Below are positions 1 through 9,412 of a stretch of DNA of 64,000 bases, piece by piece; within the stretch, counting starts at the first letter, position 1, and the number at the start of each line of letters is the position of its first letter. The notes under the pieces are model-generated. The model did not search any database and was not told the origin of the DNA. It saw only the letters and a program-made list of their open reading frames with translations. Source of the DNA: Alphaproteobacteria bacterium SS10 (GTDB lineage: Bacteria; Pseudomonadota; Alphaproteobacteria; TMED2). A program made the translations under genes and the position numbers. The stretch is taken from positions 638 through 64,637 of the forward strand of contig JAHCML010000008.1 of NCBI GenBank assembly GCA_019192455.1, in the 5' to 3' direction.

Positions 1-550
1 CCGGCACATGGTTCGGGTCACCGACGGCCAGCCGCTCCCCCTCGTCGAGTAGCAAGCGCAGCGGGGCATCCCAGCCAACGGCCTTTGCCTCCCGATATCG
101 CTCAACCATGGCCGGTGTGCCGATCAGAACCAGCCGATTGCCCAGCAGGTTGGTGCGGCTGTCCGGCTCAATCAGATCATGAGCTGCCAGGTGATCCATC
201 CAGGCTTGGTCGGCGCTGATAAACAAATCCGCCGGTGCCCCCGCCAGAATTTGCCGGGCCAGGGTTGATGATGCTGCCAAGGACAGCCGAAGCTGTAGTT
301 CCGGGTGTTGATTACCTAGCGCAAGGGTAATCTCTTTCATCGCCTCACCCAGGCTGGCGGCGGCAAACAGGGTCACCGATTGGGTCGCCGCGCGCACCGG
401 TTGCGACCAGCCCATGGCAATACCCGCCGCTAGGGCCGACGAGGTAAATGCACGCCGCGATATCAGCCCTTGCCCCGACAGTTGATTTGCCGGTGGCCAG
501 CGCCCATCGCGGGGTCTAGGGTTGGCCGGTGATTGACGCGTGAAACTCAT
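1..550 (-). CDS. modA: molybdate ABC transporter substrate-binding protein ModA (N-terminal part; gene runs off window start)
   Basis: Reverse-strand translation from ATG at 548-550 gives MSFTRQSPANPRPRDGRWPPANQLSGQGLISRRAFTSSALAAGIAMGWSQPVRAATQSVTLFAAASL... A Tat-type signal (SRRAF) is followed by the ModA-like motifs VTLFAAASL and APADLFISADQAWMD. Not in the ORF track because it has no in-window stop. Confidence 0.6.
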   Translation of the reverse strand, partial: MSFTRQSPANPRPRDGRWPPANQLSGQGLISRRAFTSSALAAGIAMGWSQPVRAATQSVTLFAAASLGEAMKEITLALGNQHPELQLRLSLAASSTLARQILAGAPADLFISADQAWMDHLAAHDLIEPDSRTNLLGNRLVLIGTPAMVERYREAKAVGWDAPLRLLLDEGERLAVGDPNHVP

Positions 551-613
551 GAAGCTGCTTTTTCGCATGACACCCGCGCGACGCCCAAGTGAATTTCCAA
601 AACTGGTTTCCCA

Positions 614-1651
614 ATGCTGACCATCTTTTCAGAGGATCATGAGTTCCAGAATGGCCGCAGCGAGCTGACCGATGGCCAGCTTGTCCGCCCGTTTGAGCGA
701 CCCGAACGGGCCCGCATGATTATTGAACGGGTCCGGGAGATGAAGCTGGGTGATATTGAGGCCCCTATCGATATGGGCCTCGACCCGATCCGCCGCATCC
801 ATGATCCGGGCCTTGTCGATTTTCTGGCGGTGGCCTGGGATCTCTGGGCAGCTGAGGGGCGCGAGAATGACGCCCTGCCACTGTGTTGGCAGGTGCGCGG
901 CCTTAACCCACGGGAACCTGAGAGCATTGACGGTAAGCTCTCTTATTTCTCATTCGACGCTGGGACGCCGATTACACCGGGCACATGGCGTGCTGTCCGA
1001 TCCAGCGCGAATACTGCACTCACCGGCGCTGCCTGGCTGATCCGGGGTGAGAAGGCGGTGTTTTCCCTCTGCCGTCCCCCTGGCCACCATGCCCATGCCG
1101 ATGTTTATGGCGGCTACTGCTTCCTGAACAATGCGGCGATTGCGGCCCAGCATCTCCTGGATGGCGGCTGCGCCCGGGTGTCGATCATTGATGTGGACTA
1201 CCACCACGGCAATGGCACCCAGTCGATTTTCTATAACCGGCCGGATGTTCAGTTCCTCTCAATCCACGCTGATCCGCGTCATGAGTTTCCGTTCTTCCTA
1301 GGCCATGTCGATGAACGTGGGCAGGCCGCCGGACGGGGCCATAACTTCAACTACCCGCTGCCCTGGGGCACCGGTTGGGACCGATGGTCAGTGGCCTTGC
1401 AAGAGGTGCTGGATGAGGTTGATGTCTTCGCCCCGGATGCGTTGGTTGTCTCCCTCGGCGTGGATACGTTTGAGAAGGATCCGATCTCACAATTCACCCT
1501 GGGCACCGACTGCTTCCCACGTATTGGGGAGGCGCTCGCCGGTATCAACCGCCCTGTGCTGTTTGTCATGGAGGGCGGCTACGCCATCGATGAGGTTGGG
1601 GTGAATGTGGTGAATGTGCTGACTGGTTTTGAGCAGGCGAACGGGATTTAA
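614..1651 (+). CDS. histone deacetylase-family amidohydrolase (AcuC/acetylpolyamine aminohydrolase-like)
   Basis: 345-aa ORF with HDAC signature residues: FCFLNNAAIAA and DVDYHHGNGTQ. Confidence 0.8.
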   Translation: MLTIFSEDHEFQNGRSELTDGQLVRPFERPERARMIIERVREMKLGDIEAPIDMGLDPIRRIHDPGLVDFLAVAWDLWAAEGRENDALPLCWQVRGLNPREPESIDGKLSYFSFDAGTPITPGTWRAVRSSANTALTGAAWLIRGEKAVFSLCRPPGHHAHADVYGGYCFLNNAAIAAQHLLDGGCARVSIIDVDYHHGNGTQSIFYNRPDVQFLSIHADPRHEFPFFLGHVDERGQAAGRGHNFNYPLPWGTGWDRWSVALQEVLDEVDVFAPDALVVSLGVDTFEKDPISQFTLGTDCFPRIGEALAGINRPVLFVMEGGYAIDEVGVNVVNVLTGFEQANGI

Positions 1652-1669
1652 GCCAAGAGCGCTGTCGAC

Positions 1670-2776
1670 TTAACCGGCATGCTCCGCCCGTTGGTCAAGG
1701 CCATTGTATAGCCGGGTTGGGTCGCTGCTGACGATCTCATCCCGCCAGACATGCTGTGCCTGATTTGTCAGGTCAAACGTCCCCGTTGCCATATGCCGAA
1801 CCCGCAACGGGCTGCCTTCGACATTGTAGGCAGCACCGGCCAATTTCATCAGTTCGAAATTCCCCATGGCGCGGGTTTCCGGCGGGGTCCGTGGTGGCTC
1901 ATTGATAAATAGGATTGTGCTGATGCCGGCCCATTGCCCATCGGTCATCATCAGGGCGCCGGGCTCATGGGCGGTGGTCAGTAATATCGCCGGGCCATCC
2001 TTGCCCAGGTTCCATGGCTCGTCATAGCCCTCCGCCTGGCGCATCATGGCGCTCGCTTGCAGGGCCTGCACCTCCATGGTCAGCAAGGGGTCATCGCCGG
2101 TTGGCTCATCACAAACGCACAGTGCCAGCTCACCATTTGGTTGTGGGTCCAATACAGCAGCGAAGGGCTGGTCGTGGGGCACCGCATCACGCACAATATC
2201 CGGCAGCTCATCCATGGCGCAGCGCTGCAGGCTGATCATTTGTGGCCCACCCTCGCGGGCCATATCGTCATGGTAGGGCTTGTCATTGAACCCGGCGATC
2301 TCGGCGGTTTCCTCGTACGAGGCGCCGAAGGCAACTTGCAGAACCCCATCCGTTGGCCAGCCACGGGCGTGGAGGTCATACATGAACACCATCTGTTTCG
2401 CCCGGCAGGCAGGGCAACTCTCAGCGGAGGAGAGTTGGATCAGATGCAGCTCATGGGATCGATGGGCGCGCAGATAGTCCAGCGCCTTGTCTGCGGCCTC
2501 TGGCGTCAGGGTTTCCGCTTCCGCATGGGCGCTGGCAATACCCTTGGACAGGACAGCGTTCCCGCTTGGCCCGGCGAGGGTGATCAGATCATTCTCGGTG
2601 ACGTCATGGATCAGCAGCTCGGCTGCAAACGGTCCGCCCTTACCGGCGCGGACATTCTCCGTCGCGATCTGGTCGAGGGCGCGCAGGCGTTCGGCCACCA
2701 CTTCGTCCTCAAGACTAAGGGTGGCGCGGGCGGCGGCAAGGCGTGGGTTTTCGGGGGCTGAATTCATCATGCCCAT
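1670..2776 (-). CDS. two-domain CDA-fold nucleoside/base deaminase-like protein (intact N-terminal zinc deaminase domain + degenerate second domain)
   Basis: N-terminal domain has GGPFAA, SAHAE and SCPAC motifs (guanine/cytidine deaminase fold H-x-E ... PCxxC). The C-terminal half repeats PFAAVL and TTAHEP but lacks the Cys pair. Confidence 0.55.
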   Translation of the reverse strand: MGMMNSAPENPRLAAARATLSLEDEVVAERLRALDQIATENVRAGKGGPFAAELLIHDVTENDLITLAGPSGNAVLSKGIASAHAEAETLTPEAADKALDYLRAHRSHELHLIQLSSAESCPACRAKQMVFMYDLHARGWPTDGVLQVAFGASYEETAEIAGFNDKPYHDDMAREGGPQMISLQRCAMDELPDIVRDAVPHDQPFAAVLDPQPNGELALCVCDEPTGDDPLLTMEVQALQASAMMRQAEGYDEPWNLGKDGPAILLTTAHEPGALMMTDGQWAGISTILFINEPPRTPPETRAMGNFELMKLAGAAYNVEGSPLRVRHMATGTFDLTNQAQHVWRDEIVSSDPTRLYNGLDQRAEHAG

Positions 2777-2801
2777 CTTCTAACCGATTATTGGATCGAG
2801 A

Positions 2802-3686
2802 TCAGTAGTCGCTGGCGCCCGGTTTTACCGCAGGGGCTGGCGCATCACCAGGCTTTGGTGGGTTCAGCACGGCGGCGAGGTCATTGCGCAGGCCAGAGGC
2901 ACCAAAACGGAAGTTCTCGTTATTGCTAGCCCAGCCATCACCCATCACGTTGTCGGCGAGCGCGATGAACTGCGCAGCTTGATCGTTCTTTGAGACGCCC
3001 TTGGAAATCTTCAGGCCGATATCCTCACCGCTATCCTTGATCGCGGCCAACATGGCGGCCGCATGCTCAAGCGTGACATCGCCATCATTCTTACCGGTTG
3101 ATGTCTTCAGCATATCGCCGCCAGCGGCAATCGCTTGGCGTGACGCCCGGTAGATCATATCTGGGTCTTGCAGCTGGTTGGTCTCAAGGATCACCTTAAT
3201 CGTCGCATCTGGTGCTGCCTTACGGGCGGCGGCAACGGCGTCATAGCTTGATTGCTCATCACCCGCTTTGAAGCTATCGAAATCGATGACCACATCAATC
3301 TCACGGGCGCCATCGCGAACCGCCTGGGCGGTCTCTTGTTCGATTTTGCCGGTGCCGTCTTTACCGGCTGGGAAGTTCACCACGGTGGCCACACCACCAG
3401 AGCTGTGCCGCATGCCCTCAAAGGCTTGGCGGACAAAATCGGGGAACACGCAAACTGCGGCCACATCATTGCCGCCAAGACCCTGTGTGTCGGTGGCGGT
3501 GGCCAGGAACTCTTTCATATGGGCGCGGGCGGCGGCGCTCATCCGGCGCTTATCATCATCCAGGGTGGTGAGATCCAGGGCCCTTGCGGCGATGCCGGCG
3601 CTCTCTTCCGTGCCTTTCGTGGCGCGGGCGGCTGCAATCTCAGCCTCAAAGCGGGAGGGATCGTAAGCTGTTGGTTTCGCTGCCAC
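2802..3686 (-). CDS. deoC: deoxyribose-phosphate aldolase
   Basis: 294-aa ORF with the DeoC Schiff-base lysine context DMLKTSTGK and a DeoC-like TIM-barrel sequence throughout. C-terminal Pro/Ala-rich extension. Confidence 0.75.
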   Translation of the reverse strand: MAAKPTAYDPSRFEAEIAAARATKGTEESAGIAARALDLTTLDDDKRRMSAAARAHMKEFLATATDTQGLGGNDVAAVCVFPDFVRQAFEGMRHSSGGVATVVNFPAGKDGTGKIEQETAQAVRDGAREIDVVIDFDSFKAGDEQSSYDAVAAARKAAPDATIKVILETNQLQDPDMIYRASRQAIAAGGDMLKTSTGKNDGDVTLEHAAAMLAAIKDSGEDIGLKISKGVSKNDQAAQFIALADNVMGDGWASNNENFRFGASGLRNDLAAVLNPPKPGDAPAPAVKPGASDY

Positions 3687-3842
3687 TATTCTTATTCCCT
3701 ATTGGCCAAAATATCCTGGCGGTGGGATAGGCTGGGGTCAGCGCTATCCAGTGCGGCGTCGGGTTAGAAGAGGTGGGGGCTCGACGCCACGCCTTTGTGG
3801 TAGCGAGGCTGGGCGAAAACACCAAATGCGGGCTGGTTAGGC

Positions 3843-4427
3843 TTAACCGGGGCGGCTCTTGGAAAACACGTCCTGAACGGCTGTGTAATCCATATAGCCG
3901 AGGCGGGCGAGGGCGAACCAATTGCTCACCTTGCCGTCCTTTATGATCTGATCATCGATATGGATGCCGATAACCTCGCCGATGGCCATTGTGTTGGCCT
4001 TGCCGGGTAGCTCGACGATCCGTTCAACCTTGCATTCGAAGGTTGCGGGCGCGATGGCGACGCGGGAGACAGGGATCGTCTCACACTCGGCCTTATCCAA
4101 GCCTGCCCGCTCAAACTCATCAACGTCATCGCTGGTCGCGGTCTCATTCATCGCATGGAACAGGGTCTTGCTGACCATGTTTACAGCGAAGAAGCCGGTC
4201 TCACGCGCGTTGCGGATAGAATGTGGTGACCCATTGGCTGAGAACATAACCAAGGGCGGCGCATCAGACAGCGCGTTGAAGAAGCTATAGGGGGCAAGGT
4301 TGTCCCGACCATCGGCGCTGCGGCTGGAAATCCAACCAATGGGCCGTGGCTGCACCAGCGCCTTAAACGGGTTGTGGGATAGGCCTAGATCGGCCTTCGG
4401 GTCCTGCTCACCAGGCCGGTAGAACAT
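3843..4427 (-). CDS. flavin reductase-like (FMN-binding split-barrel) protein
   Basis: PRPIGWISS...NLAPYSFFN motif typical of the flavin reductase-like domain. Confidence 0.7.
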   Translation of the reverse strand: MFYRPGEQDPKADLGLSHNPFKALVQPRPIGWISSRSADGRDNLAPYSFFNALSDAPPLVMFSANGSPHSIRNARETGFFAVNMVSKTLFHAMNETATSDDVDEFERAGLDKAECETIPVSRVAIAPATFECKVERIVELPGKANTMAIGEVIGIHIDDQIIKDGKVSNWFALARLGYMDYTAVQDVFSKSRPG

Positions 4428-4442
4428 AAACTGGCCTTGGGC

Positions 4443-4856
4443 TTACTGATCGGCACCTGGGTCGAGCACTAGCTCGATTTCCATCAGACTCTCTTCCATC
4501 TTACGGAAGGTTTTCTTGCCCAGCTGGTCGCGCAGCTCATCCTGAACCGACTGCTTAACCTTATGCATGGTCTTCAGAAGCTTCTCACCGCTGGCGGTCA
4601 GTTTGACCAGCTTGCCGCGACCATCGGTTGGGTCTGGCACCGTCTCAACATATTTGGAGATTTCCAGGGGTTTCAGGCTTTGCTGAACCGCTTGTTTGGA
4701 GATTTTAAGCTTGGCCGCCAGGGAAACTGGGCGGACGCCATCACCTTCAAGTAGGGGCAGCAGGCTGACGGCCGCTGCGGGCACATCATCATAGCCGAGG
4801 GCCGCGAGATGACTTTGAATTCGGTCGCCGAACAGACGCTCAAGGCGACGGCACAT
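4443..4856 (-). CDS. MarR-family transcriptional regulator
   Basis: Winged-HTH region VSLAAKLKISKQAVQQSL...DPTDGRGKLVKLTASG. The track ORF begins at TTG 4931. The internal ATG at 4856 (MCRRLERLF...) gives a typical ~138-aa MarR. Confidence 0.7.
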   Translation of the reverse strand: MCRRLERLFGDRIQSHLAALGYDDVPAAAVSLLPLLEGDGVRPVSLAAKLKISKQAVQQSLKPLEISKYVETVPDPTDGRGKLVKLTASGEKLLKTMHKVKQSVQDELRDQLGKKTFRKMEESLMEIELVLDPGADQ

Positions 4857-4986
4857 GCGAATGACAGTATCAATACGGAGCTTTTTCACGAGGTACGGTC
4901 CTTCCCAAACAGACCTTGCGAAACAGCCCAATCAATTGCCTTTTAGGGCCGATCCCGCATGTGAGGCAGCCCATTAGTCATAAAAA

Positions 4987-5002
4987 TTGACCAAGTGGTC
5001 AA
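4987..5002. promoter_or_regulatory. perfect inverted repeat TTGACCAagTGGTCAA upstream of the MarR gene (candidate operator/-35 region)
   Basis: Read directly: ttgacca ag tggtcaa, in the intergenic region ~130 bp upstream of the MarR start. MarR-family operators are typically palindromic. Confidence 0.3.
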
Positions 5003-5089
5003 GGGGGCGGGCGTCGATTTTTTAGTGCATCGCGGCATAGTTTGTATGCAGCTGACGCAGCCCATGCGGAAAGCCGCAGGATTCGGTAA

Positions 5090-5500
5090 TCACGTAAGAT
5101 CGACGGCGTGGGCCTTCAGCGCATCGAGCGGAACAATCTCTAACGTCTTGGCATGGGTAGCGGCCAAATGAACCTTTGGCGCCATGCCCGCCTCATGCGC
5201 CTGCAACCAGCGGGCCGCGCAAAGGCACCAGCGGTCACCAGGCCGTAAACCGGGGAACGCAAACTCCGGCCGTGGGGTGCTGAGGTCATTGCCAACGGCG
5301 CGGGTGAAATCGAGGAAATCCTCAGTCATCACGGCGCAGACCGTGTGCACCCCATGATCCATTGGCCCGGTATTGCAGCAGCCATCCCGGAAGAAGCCGG
5401 TCATCGGGTCGGTGCTGCACTCACCCAGCGGTTCGCCCAGCACATTCAGGGCGGGCCGCTCATTCTCATTGGCGGGGCTATCATCAAGTGGCGGGGTCAT
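5090..5500 (-). CDS. DUF2237-family protein
   Basis: 136-aa protein with LGEPLGECSTDPMTGFFRDGCCNTGPMDHGVHTVCAVMTEDFL, matching my recollection of the DUF2237 conserved core. Confidence 0.55.
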   Translation of the reverse strand: MTPPLDDSPANENERPALNVLGEPLGECSTDPMTGFFRDGCCNTGPMDHGVHTVCAVMTEDFLDFTRAVGNDLSTPRPEFAFPGLRPGDRWCLCAARWLQAHEAGMAPKVHLAATHAKTLEIVPLDALKAHAVDLT

Positions 5501-5598
5501 CGCGATCTCTCACTAGAACTAAAAGTGTCCTGGGCTTGGCCAGCGGGCACCCTATCAGCTATGTGAGGGCTGCTGGTTATCAAGCGAGGTTTTCATCC

Positions 5599-6633
5599 AT
5601 GGCAGCGGACGCCGCGCCCGACACTTTGCCAAACACCATGCCGGTGGTCGAGCTTACGGCACCGGGCGGCCCAGATAATCTGGTCCCCGGTGAACGCCCC
5701 GTGCCCGCCCCGAAGTTGGGGGAGATCCTGATTAAGGTGATGGCGGCAGGGGTCAACCGGCCCGATGTGCTGCAGCGGCAGGGCCACTACAACCCACCGG
5801 CTGATGCCAGCGATCTGTTGGGCCTGGAGGCGGCGGGCACCGTCGCCGCCATTGGTGAGGGGGTCACCCGATATGAGCTGGGCGACCGTGTCACGGCGCT
5901 TTGCCATGGTGGTGGCTATGCCGGATATGTGGCCGTTGATGCCCGCCATGCCCTGCCCGTGCCCGAGGATATGTCCTGGGAACACGCCGCTGCTTGGCCG
6001 GAGACGATGTTCACCGTCTGGGCCAATCTGTTCATTGATGCCGGTTTGCAGCCGGGTGAGGTTGCCCTGATCCATGGTGGATCCAGCGGCATTGGTACCA
6101 CGGCCATTCAAATGGCGCGTGAGGTGGGAGCCCGTACCATCGTCACCGTTGGGACAGACGAAAAGGCGACACTGTGCACCGGTTTGGGTGCCGCACATGC
6201 CATCAACTACAAGACCCAGGATTTCGTTGATGAGGTGATGGCCGTCACCGATCAGCAGGGGGTCGATGTGGTGCTGGATATGGTCGGCGGCGACTACCTG
6301 CCCCGCAATCTGAAATGCCTGAAGCCGGGCGGGCGGCATGTGTCGATTGCCAGCCTTCGAGGTGCCCAGGCAGAGGTGAATATCCTATCCATTATGGCCA
6401 AGCGTCTGCGCCTTACCGGTTCAATGCTTCGCCCGCGTAGCGCTGAGGAGAAGGGCGCCATCGCGGCGGAGTTGCTCCAGGCCATGTGGTTGAATGTGGC
6501 GCTAGGCCGGTTGGAACCAGTGATCTTTCAAACCTTCCCATTGGCAGAGGCAGCTAAGGCCCATGCGCTGATGGAGACAGGCGATTTTCACGGCAAGCTT
6601 ATGCTGACCGTTGATCATGGGGATGGGGTCTAA
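5599..6633 (+). CDS. qor: NAD(P)H:quinone oxidoreductase (zinc-independent MDR/Qor-PIG3 family)
   Basis: MDR-fold sequence; nucleotide-binding GGSSGIGTTAIQ. The track ORF 5362-6633 has an 79-codon N-terminal extension overlapping the opposite-strand gene. The first in-frame ATG (MAADAAP...) is at 5599. Confidence 0.8.
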   Translation: MAADAAPDTLPNTMPVVELTAPGGPDNLVPGERPVPAPKLGEILIKVMAAGVNRPDVLQRQGHYNPPADASDLLGLEAAGTVAAIGEGVTRYELGDRVTALCHGGGYAGYVAVDARHALPVPEDMSWEHAAAWPETMFTVWANLFIDAGLQPGEVALIHGGSSGIGTTAIQMAREVGARTIVTVGTDEKATLCTGLGAAHAINYKTQDFVDEVMAVTDQQGVDVVLDMVGGDYLPRNLKCLKPGGRHVSIASLRGAQAEVNILSIMAKRLRLTGSMLRPRSAEEKGAIAAELLQAMWLNVALGRLEPVIFQTFPLAEAAKAHALMETGDFHGKLMLTVDHGDGV

Positions 6634-6635
6634 TC

Positions 6636-7622
6636 ATGGCGCGTATCCTGGTGACCGGCGGTGCCGGCTATATCGGCAGCCACACCGCAAAGGCGCTCGC
6701 CGCCGCCGGGCATGAGCCGGTGCTGTATGACAGCCTGATCAATGGCCATGCCTGGGCCGCGCTCGACGCCCCGCTGATTGAGGCTGATATCCGGGATGAG
6801 GCGGCGTTGAACCAAGCGATGGCCGATCATCAGATCGAGGCGGTCATGCATTTCGCCGCCTTGATTGAGGTGGGCCACTCCGTTCGCCAGCCCGCCCTGT
6901 TCCATGAGGTCAATTTCGGTGGCTCGGCCACCCTGCTAAAGGCAATGCAGGCGGCAGGGGTGAAGCATATCGTCTTCTCCTCCTCCTGCGCGGTGTATGG
7001 CGAGCCGATGGTCGAGCGCCTTGACGAACATCATGTTAAGCAGCCCATCAACCCCTATGGCGCCTCCAAACTGGCGGTGGAAGAGCAGCTTGAGGCGGCC
7101 GATAAGGCCGGCGCCTTAAGCTACATGGCGCTGCGCTATTTCAATGCTGCGGGTGCCGATGCCGATGGCCAGCTAGGGGAAGCGCATGATCCGGAAACCC
7201 ATGTCATCCCGCGCGCCATTCTGGCCGCCCTAGGGGCAGCGCCGATGTTCCAGATTAATGGCACCGATTACGCGACCCCCGATGGCACGGCGGTTCGTGA
7301 TTACGTGCATGTCAGTGACCTTGCCACCGCCCATCTAGCGGCGATTGAGCATCTGCTGAGTGGCGGCCAATCCGCTGCCCTCAACCTGGGCAGCGGCCAG
7401 GGCTACTCGGTGAAGCAAGTCGTTGATGCGGTGGCGGAAGCGTTGGGCCGCCCGGTGCCGCATCAGATTGGACCTCGGCGTGAGGGGGATTCCCCCGCAC
7501 TCGTCGCTGATCCGAGCGCGGCTAAGTCGCTGCTGAAGTGGGCGCCAACCCAATCGGACCTGACCACCATCGTGCAGTCAGCGGCTAGCTGGCATCAGAA
7601 GCAATTGGCCGCAGCTGATTGA
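6636..7622 (+). CDS. galE: UDP-glucose 4-epimerase
   Basis: MARILVTGGAGYIGSHT Rossmann start, YGASK active-site motif. Start 3 nt after the qor stop (operon). Confidence 0.9.
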   Translation: MARILVTGGAGYIGSHTAKALAAAGHEPVLYDSLINGHAWAALDAPLIEADIRDEAALNQAMADHQIEAVMHFAALIEVGHSVRQPALFHEVNFGGSATLLKAMQAAGVKHIVFSSSCAVYGEPMVERLDEHHVKQPINPYGASKLAVEEQLEAADKAGALSYMALRYFNAAGADADGQLGEAHDPETHVIPRAILAALGAAPMFQINGTDYATPDGTAVRDYVHVSDLATAHLAAIEHLLSGGQSAALNLGSGQGYSVKQVVDAVAEALGRPVPHQIGPRREGDSPALVADPSAAKSLLKWAPTQSDLTTIVQSAASWHQKQLAAAD

Positions 7623-7664
7623 TTAACCTTGGCCTTTTGATGTGAAGCCGTCATAACCCCGGCC

Positions 7665-8099
7665 ATGAGTAACCGGGTATCCCATCACCGCAATACGGAA
7701 CCGACCGCGCTTCGCCGTCGGTTGATCGGCCTATGGCTGGCCTTGTCTGTGCTGGTGGCGGGATTTGTGCCCGCTGGTTATATGCCTAGCTTGGCCCGGG
7801 CTGCCGATGGCTCAACCTACCTCACCATGGTGATCTGTACCGCCGATGGCGAACAGGTCATCACCATCGATGCCGAGGGTAATCAGGTTGAGTTGGATCA
7901 CGAGACGCCAGAGCAGCCAGCCCATGCTGGCGGTGCTGATTGTGCGTTCTCAATCATCTCAGCGCCGGCCTTGACGCCCGCTGATGTGGTTATCGATCAA
8001 CCCATAACGACGGCTGATCGCACTGATATTGCCGCTGCTGATCTTATCTGGCTCAGCGTTAAAAAGCGCCCCGGACAACCGCGCGCCCCGCCGGTCTAG
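7665..8099 (+). CDS. exported hypothetical protein (possibly DUF2946-like, copper-cluster associated)
   Basis: Signal-anchor LIGLWLALSVLVAGFVPAGYMP, conserved-looking ICTADG and CAF cysteines. Sits at the head of a copper-handling gene group. Confidence 0.4.
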   Translation: MSNRVSHHRNTEPTALRRRLIGLWLALSVLVAGFVPAGYMPSLARAADGSTYLTMVICTADGEQVITIDAEGNQVELDHETPEQPAHAGGADCAFSIISAPALTPADVVIDQPITTADRTDIAAADLIWLSVKKRPGQPRAPPV

Positions 8100-8201
8100 C
8101 CCTTCCAATCCATTCTGATTGATTGCTTTTCAGCGCCCCGGCTCACGCCTGTTTGGTCGTTGTGAAGTGCGACTTCCTTTGCGCATGAAAGGGCTAGAAA
8201 C

Positions 8202-9374
8202 ATGCGTCACCTCTCAAAAGCGGCCTTAACCGCTGCCTTCCTTCTTGCTGGCACGACGCCAGCACTCCCCGCTGAGCTTAAGCCGTTGGCCAATGGGCCT
8301 GGTCTTCAGCTCGCCGGTAACCTCAACGACGATCACGGTGATCATCATGGCCATCACCATCATGGTGGTGACGGTCCCATCCGCGCCGATGGCCACGCCC
8401 CCATTGGGGTGATGGGCGATCATATGCATGGTGCGGGCGAATGGATGATCTCCTACCGCTACATGTATATGGACATGGAGGGGAACCAGATCGGCACCGA
8501 TGACGTCTCACCAGAAGAGATTGTCACCACGGTCCCGAACCGTTTCTTCGGCAATCCCGGTCAGCCACCAACCCTGCGCGTCGTTCCCACTGAGATGACC
8601 ATGCAGATGCACATGCTGGGCGGCATGTACGCGCCCACCGATTGGCTGACCTTGATGGTCATGGGCATGTATATCGATAAGGAGATGGACCACATCACCT
8701 TCCAGGGTGGCATGGGCACCACCCGCCTTGGTGAGTTCACCACCGAGAGCAGCGGCCTTGGCGATACCAAGGTCAGCGGCCTCATCGCCCTTTATGATGA
8801 TGGCACCCACCATTTCCACCTCAATGCTGGCCTCAGCCTGCCCACCGGCTCAATCGATGAGACGGATGACATCCTAACGCCCATGGGGATGCGCCCAACC
8901 GTCCGCCTGCCCTACCCGATGCAGCTTGGCTCCGGCACTTTCGATGCACTGCCTGGCGTGACCTATACCGGTCGCCATTCGGATTTTGGTTGGGGTGCGC
9001 AATGGTCCTCCGAGCTCCGCCTTGGTCGGAATGATGAGGATTATGCCCTCGGTGATAAGCACCAGCTGACCGCCTGGGCGAGCTACTCACCCATGCCATG
9101 GATCAGTGGTTCGCTACGCCTCACCGGTATGACCCAGGATGAAATCGACGGGATCGACACAAACATCGTGGCACCAGTTCAGACCGCCAATACAGACTTC
9201 CACGGCGGTGATCGCCTGGATCTGAGTCTCGGCCTCAATCTGGTTGGTCAGAAGGGTGTGCTGCGTGGTCATCGCATCGGCCTGGAGGTTGGCATGCCGG
9301 TTTATCAAGACCTAAACGGCCCACAGATGGAAACCGATTTCTTCCTCACCATCGGCTATCAATACGCGTTCTAA
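8202..9374 (+). CDS. Met/His-rich outer-membrane beta-barrel protein, CopB/PcoB-like
   Basis: Signal peptide; His-rich DDHGDHHGHHHHGGDG; Met-rich MGDHMHGAGEWM and YMYMDMEG; C-terminal OMP signature ...IGYQYAF. Confidence 0.55.
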   Translation: MRHLSKAALTAAFLLAGTTPALPAELKPLANGPGLQLAGNLNDDHGDHHGHHHHGGDGPIRADGHAPIGVMGDHMHGAGEWMISYRYMYMDMEGNQIGTDDVSPEEIVTTVPNRFFGNPGQPPTLRVVPTEMTMQMHMLGGMYAPTDWLTLMVMGMYIDKEMDHITFQGGMGTTRLGEFTTESSGLGDTKVSGLIALYDDGTHHFHLNAGLSLPTGSIDETDDILTPMGMRPTVRLPYPMQLGSGTFDALPGVTYTGRHSDFGWGAQWSSELRLGRNDEDYALGDKHQLTAWASYSPMPWISGSLRLTGMTQDEIDGIDTNIVAPVQTANTDFHGGDRLDLSLGLNLVGQKGVLRGHRIGLEVGMPVYQDLNGPQMETDFFLTIGYQYAF

Positions 9375-9412
9375 GCGGCGCAGTTTCCCTCAAGTTTTTG
9401 GAGTAATACCCA

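Noticed and set aside
2057-2761. 234-aa ORF antisense to the deaminase gene (similar shadow ORFs at 5593-6339, 34989-35531, 35774-36436, 41522-42178, 20493-21173 etc.)
   Set aside because: These lie entirely inside strongly supported genes on the opposite strand, have biased Arg/Ala/Gly/Pro composition and no motifs. They are typical high-GC shadow ORFs.
5362-5598. N-terminal 79-codon extension of the qor ORF
   Set aside because: It overlaps the convergently oriented DUF2237 gene and is Arg/Ser/His-rich junk. A canonical Qor N-terminus starts at ATG 5599.
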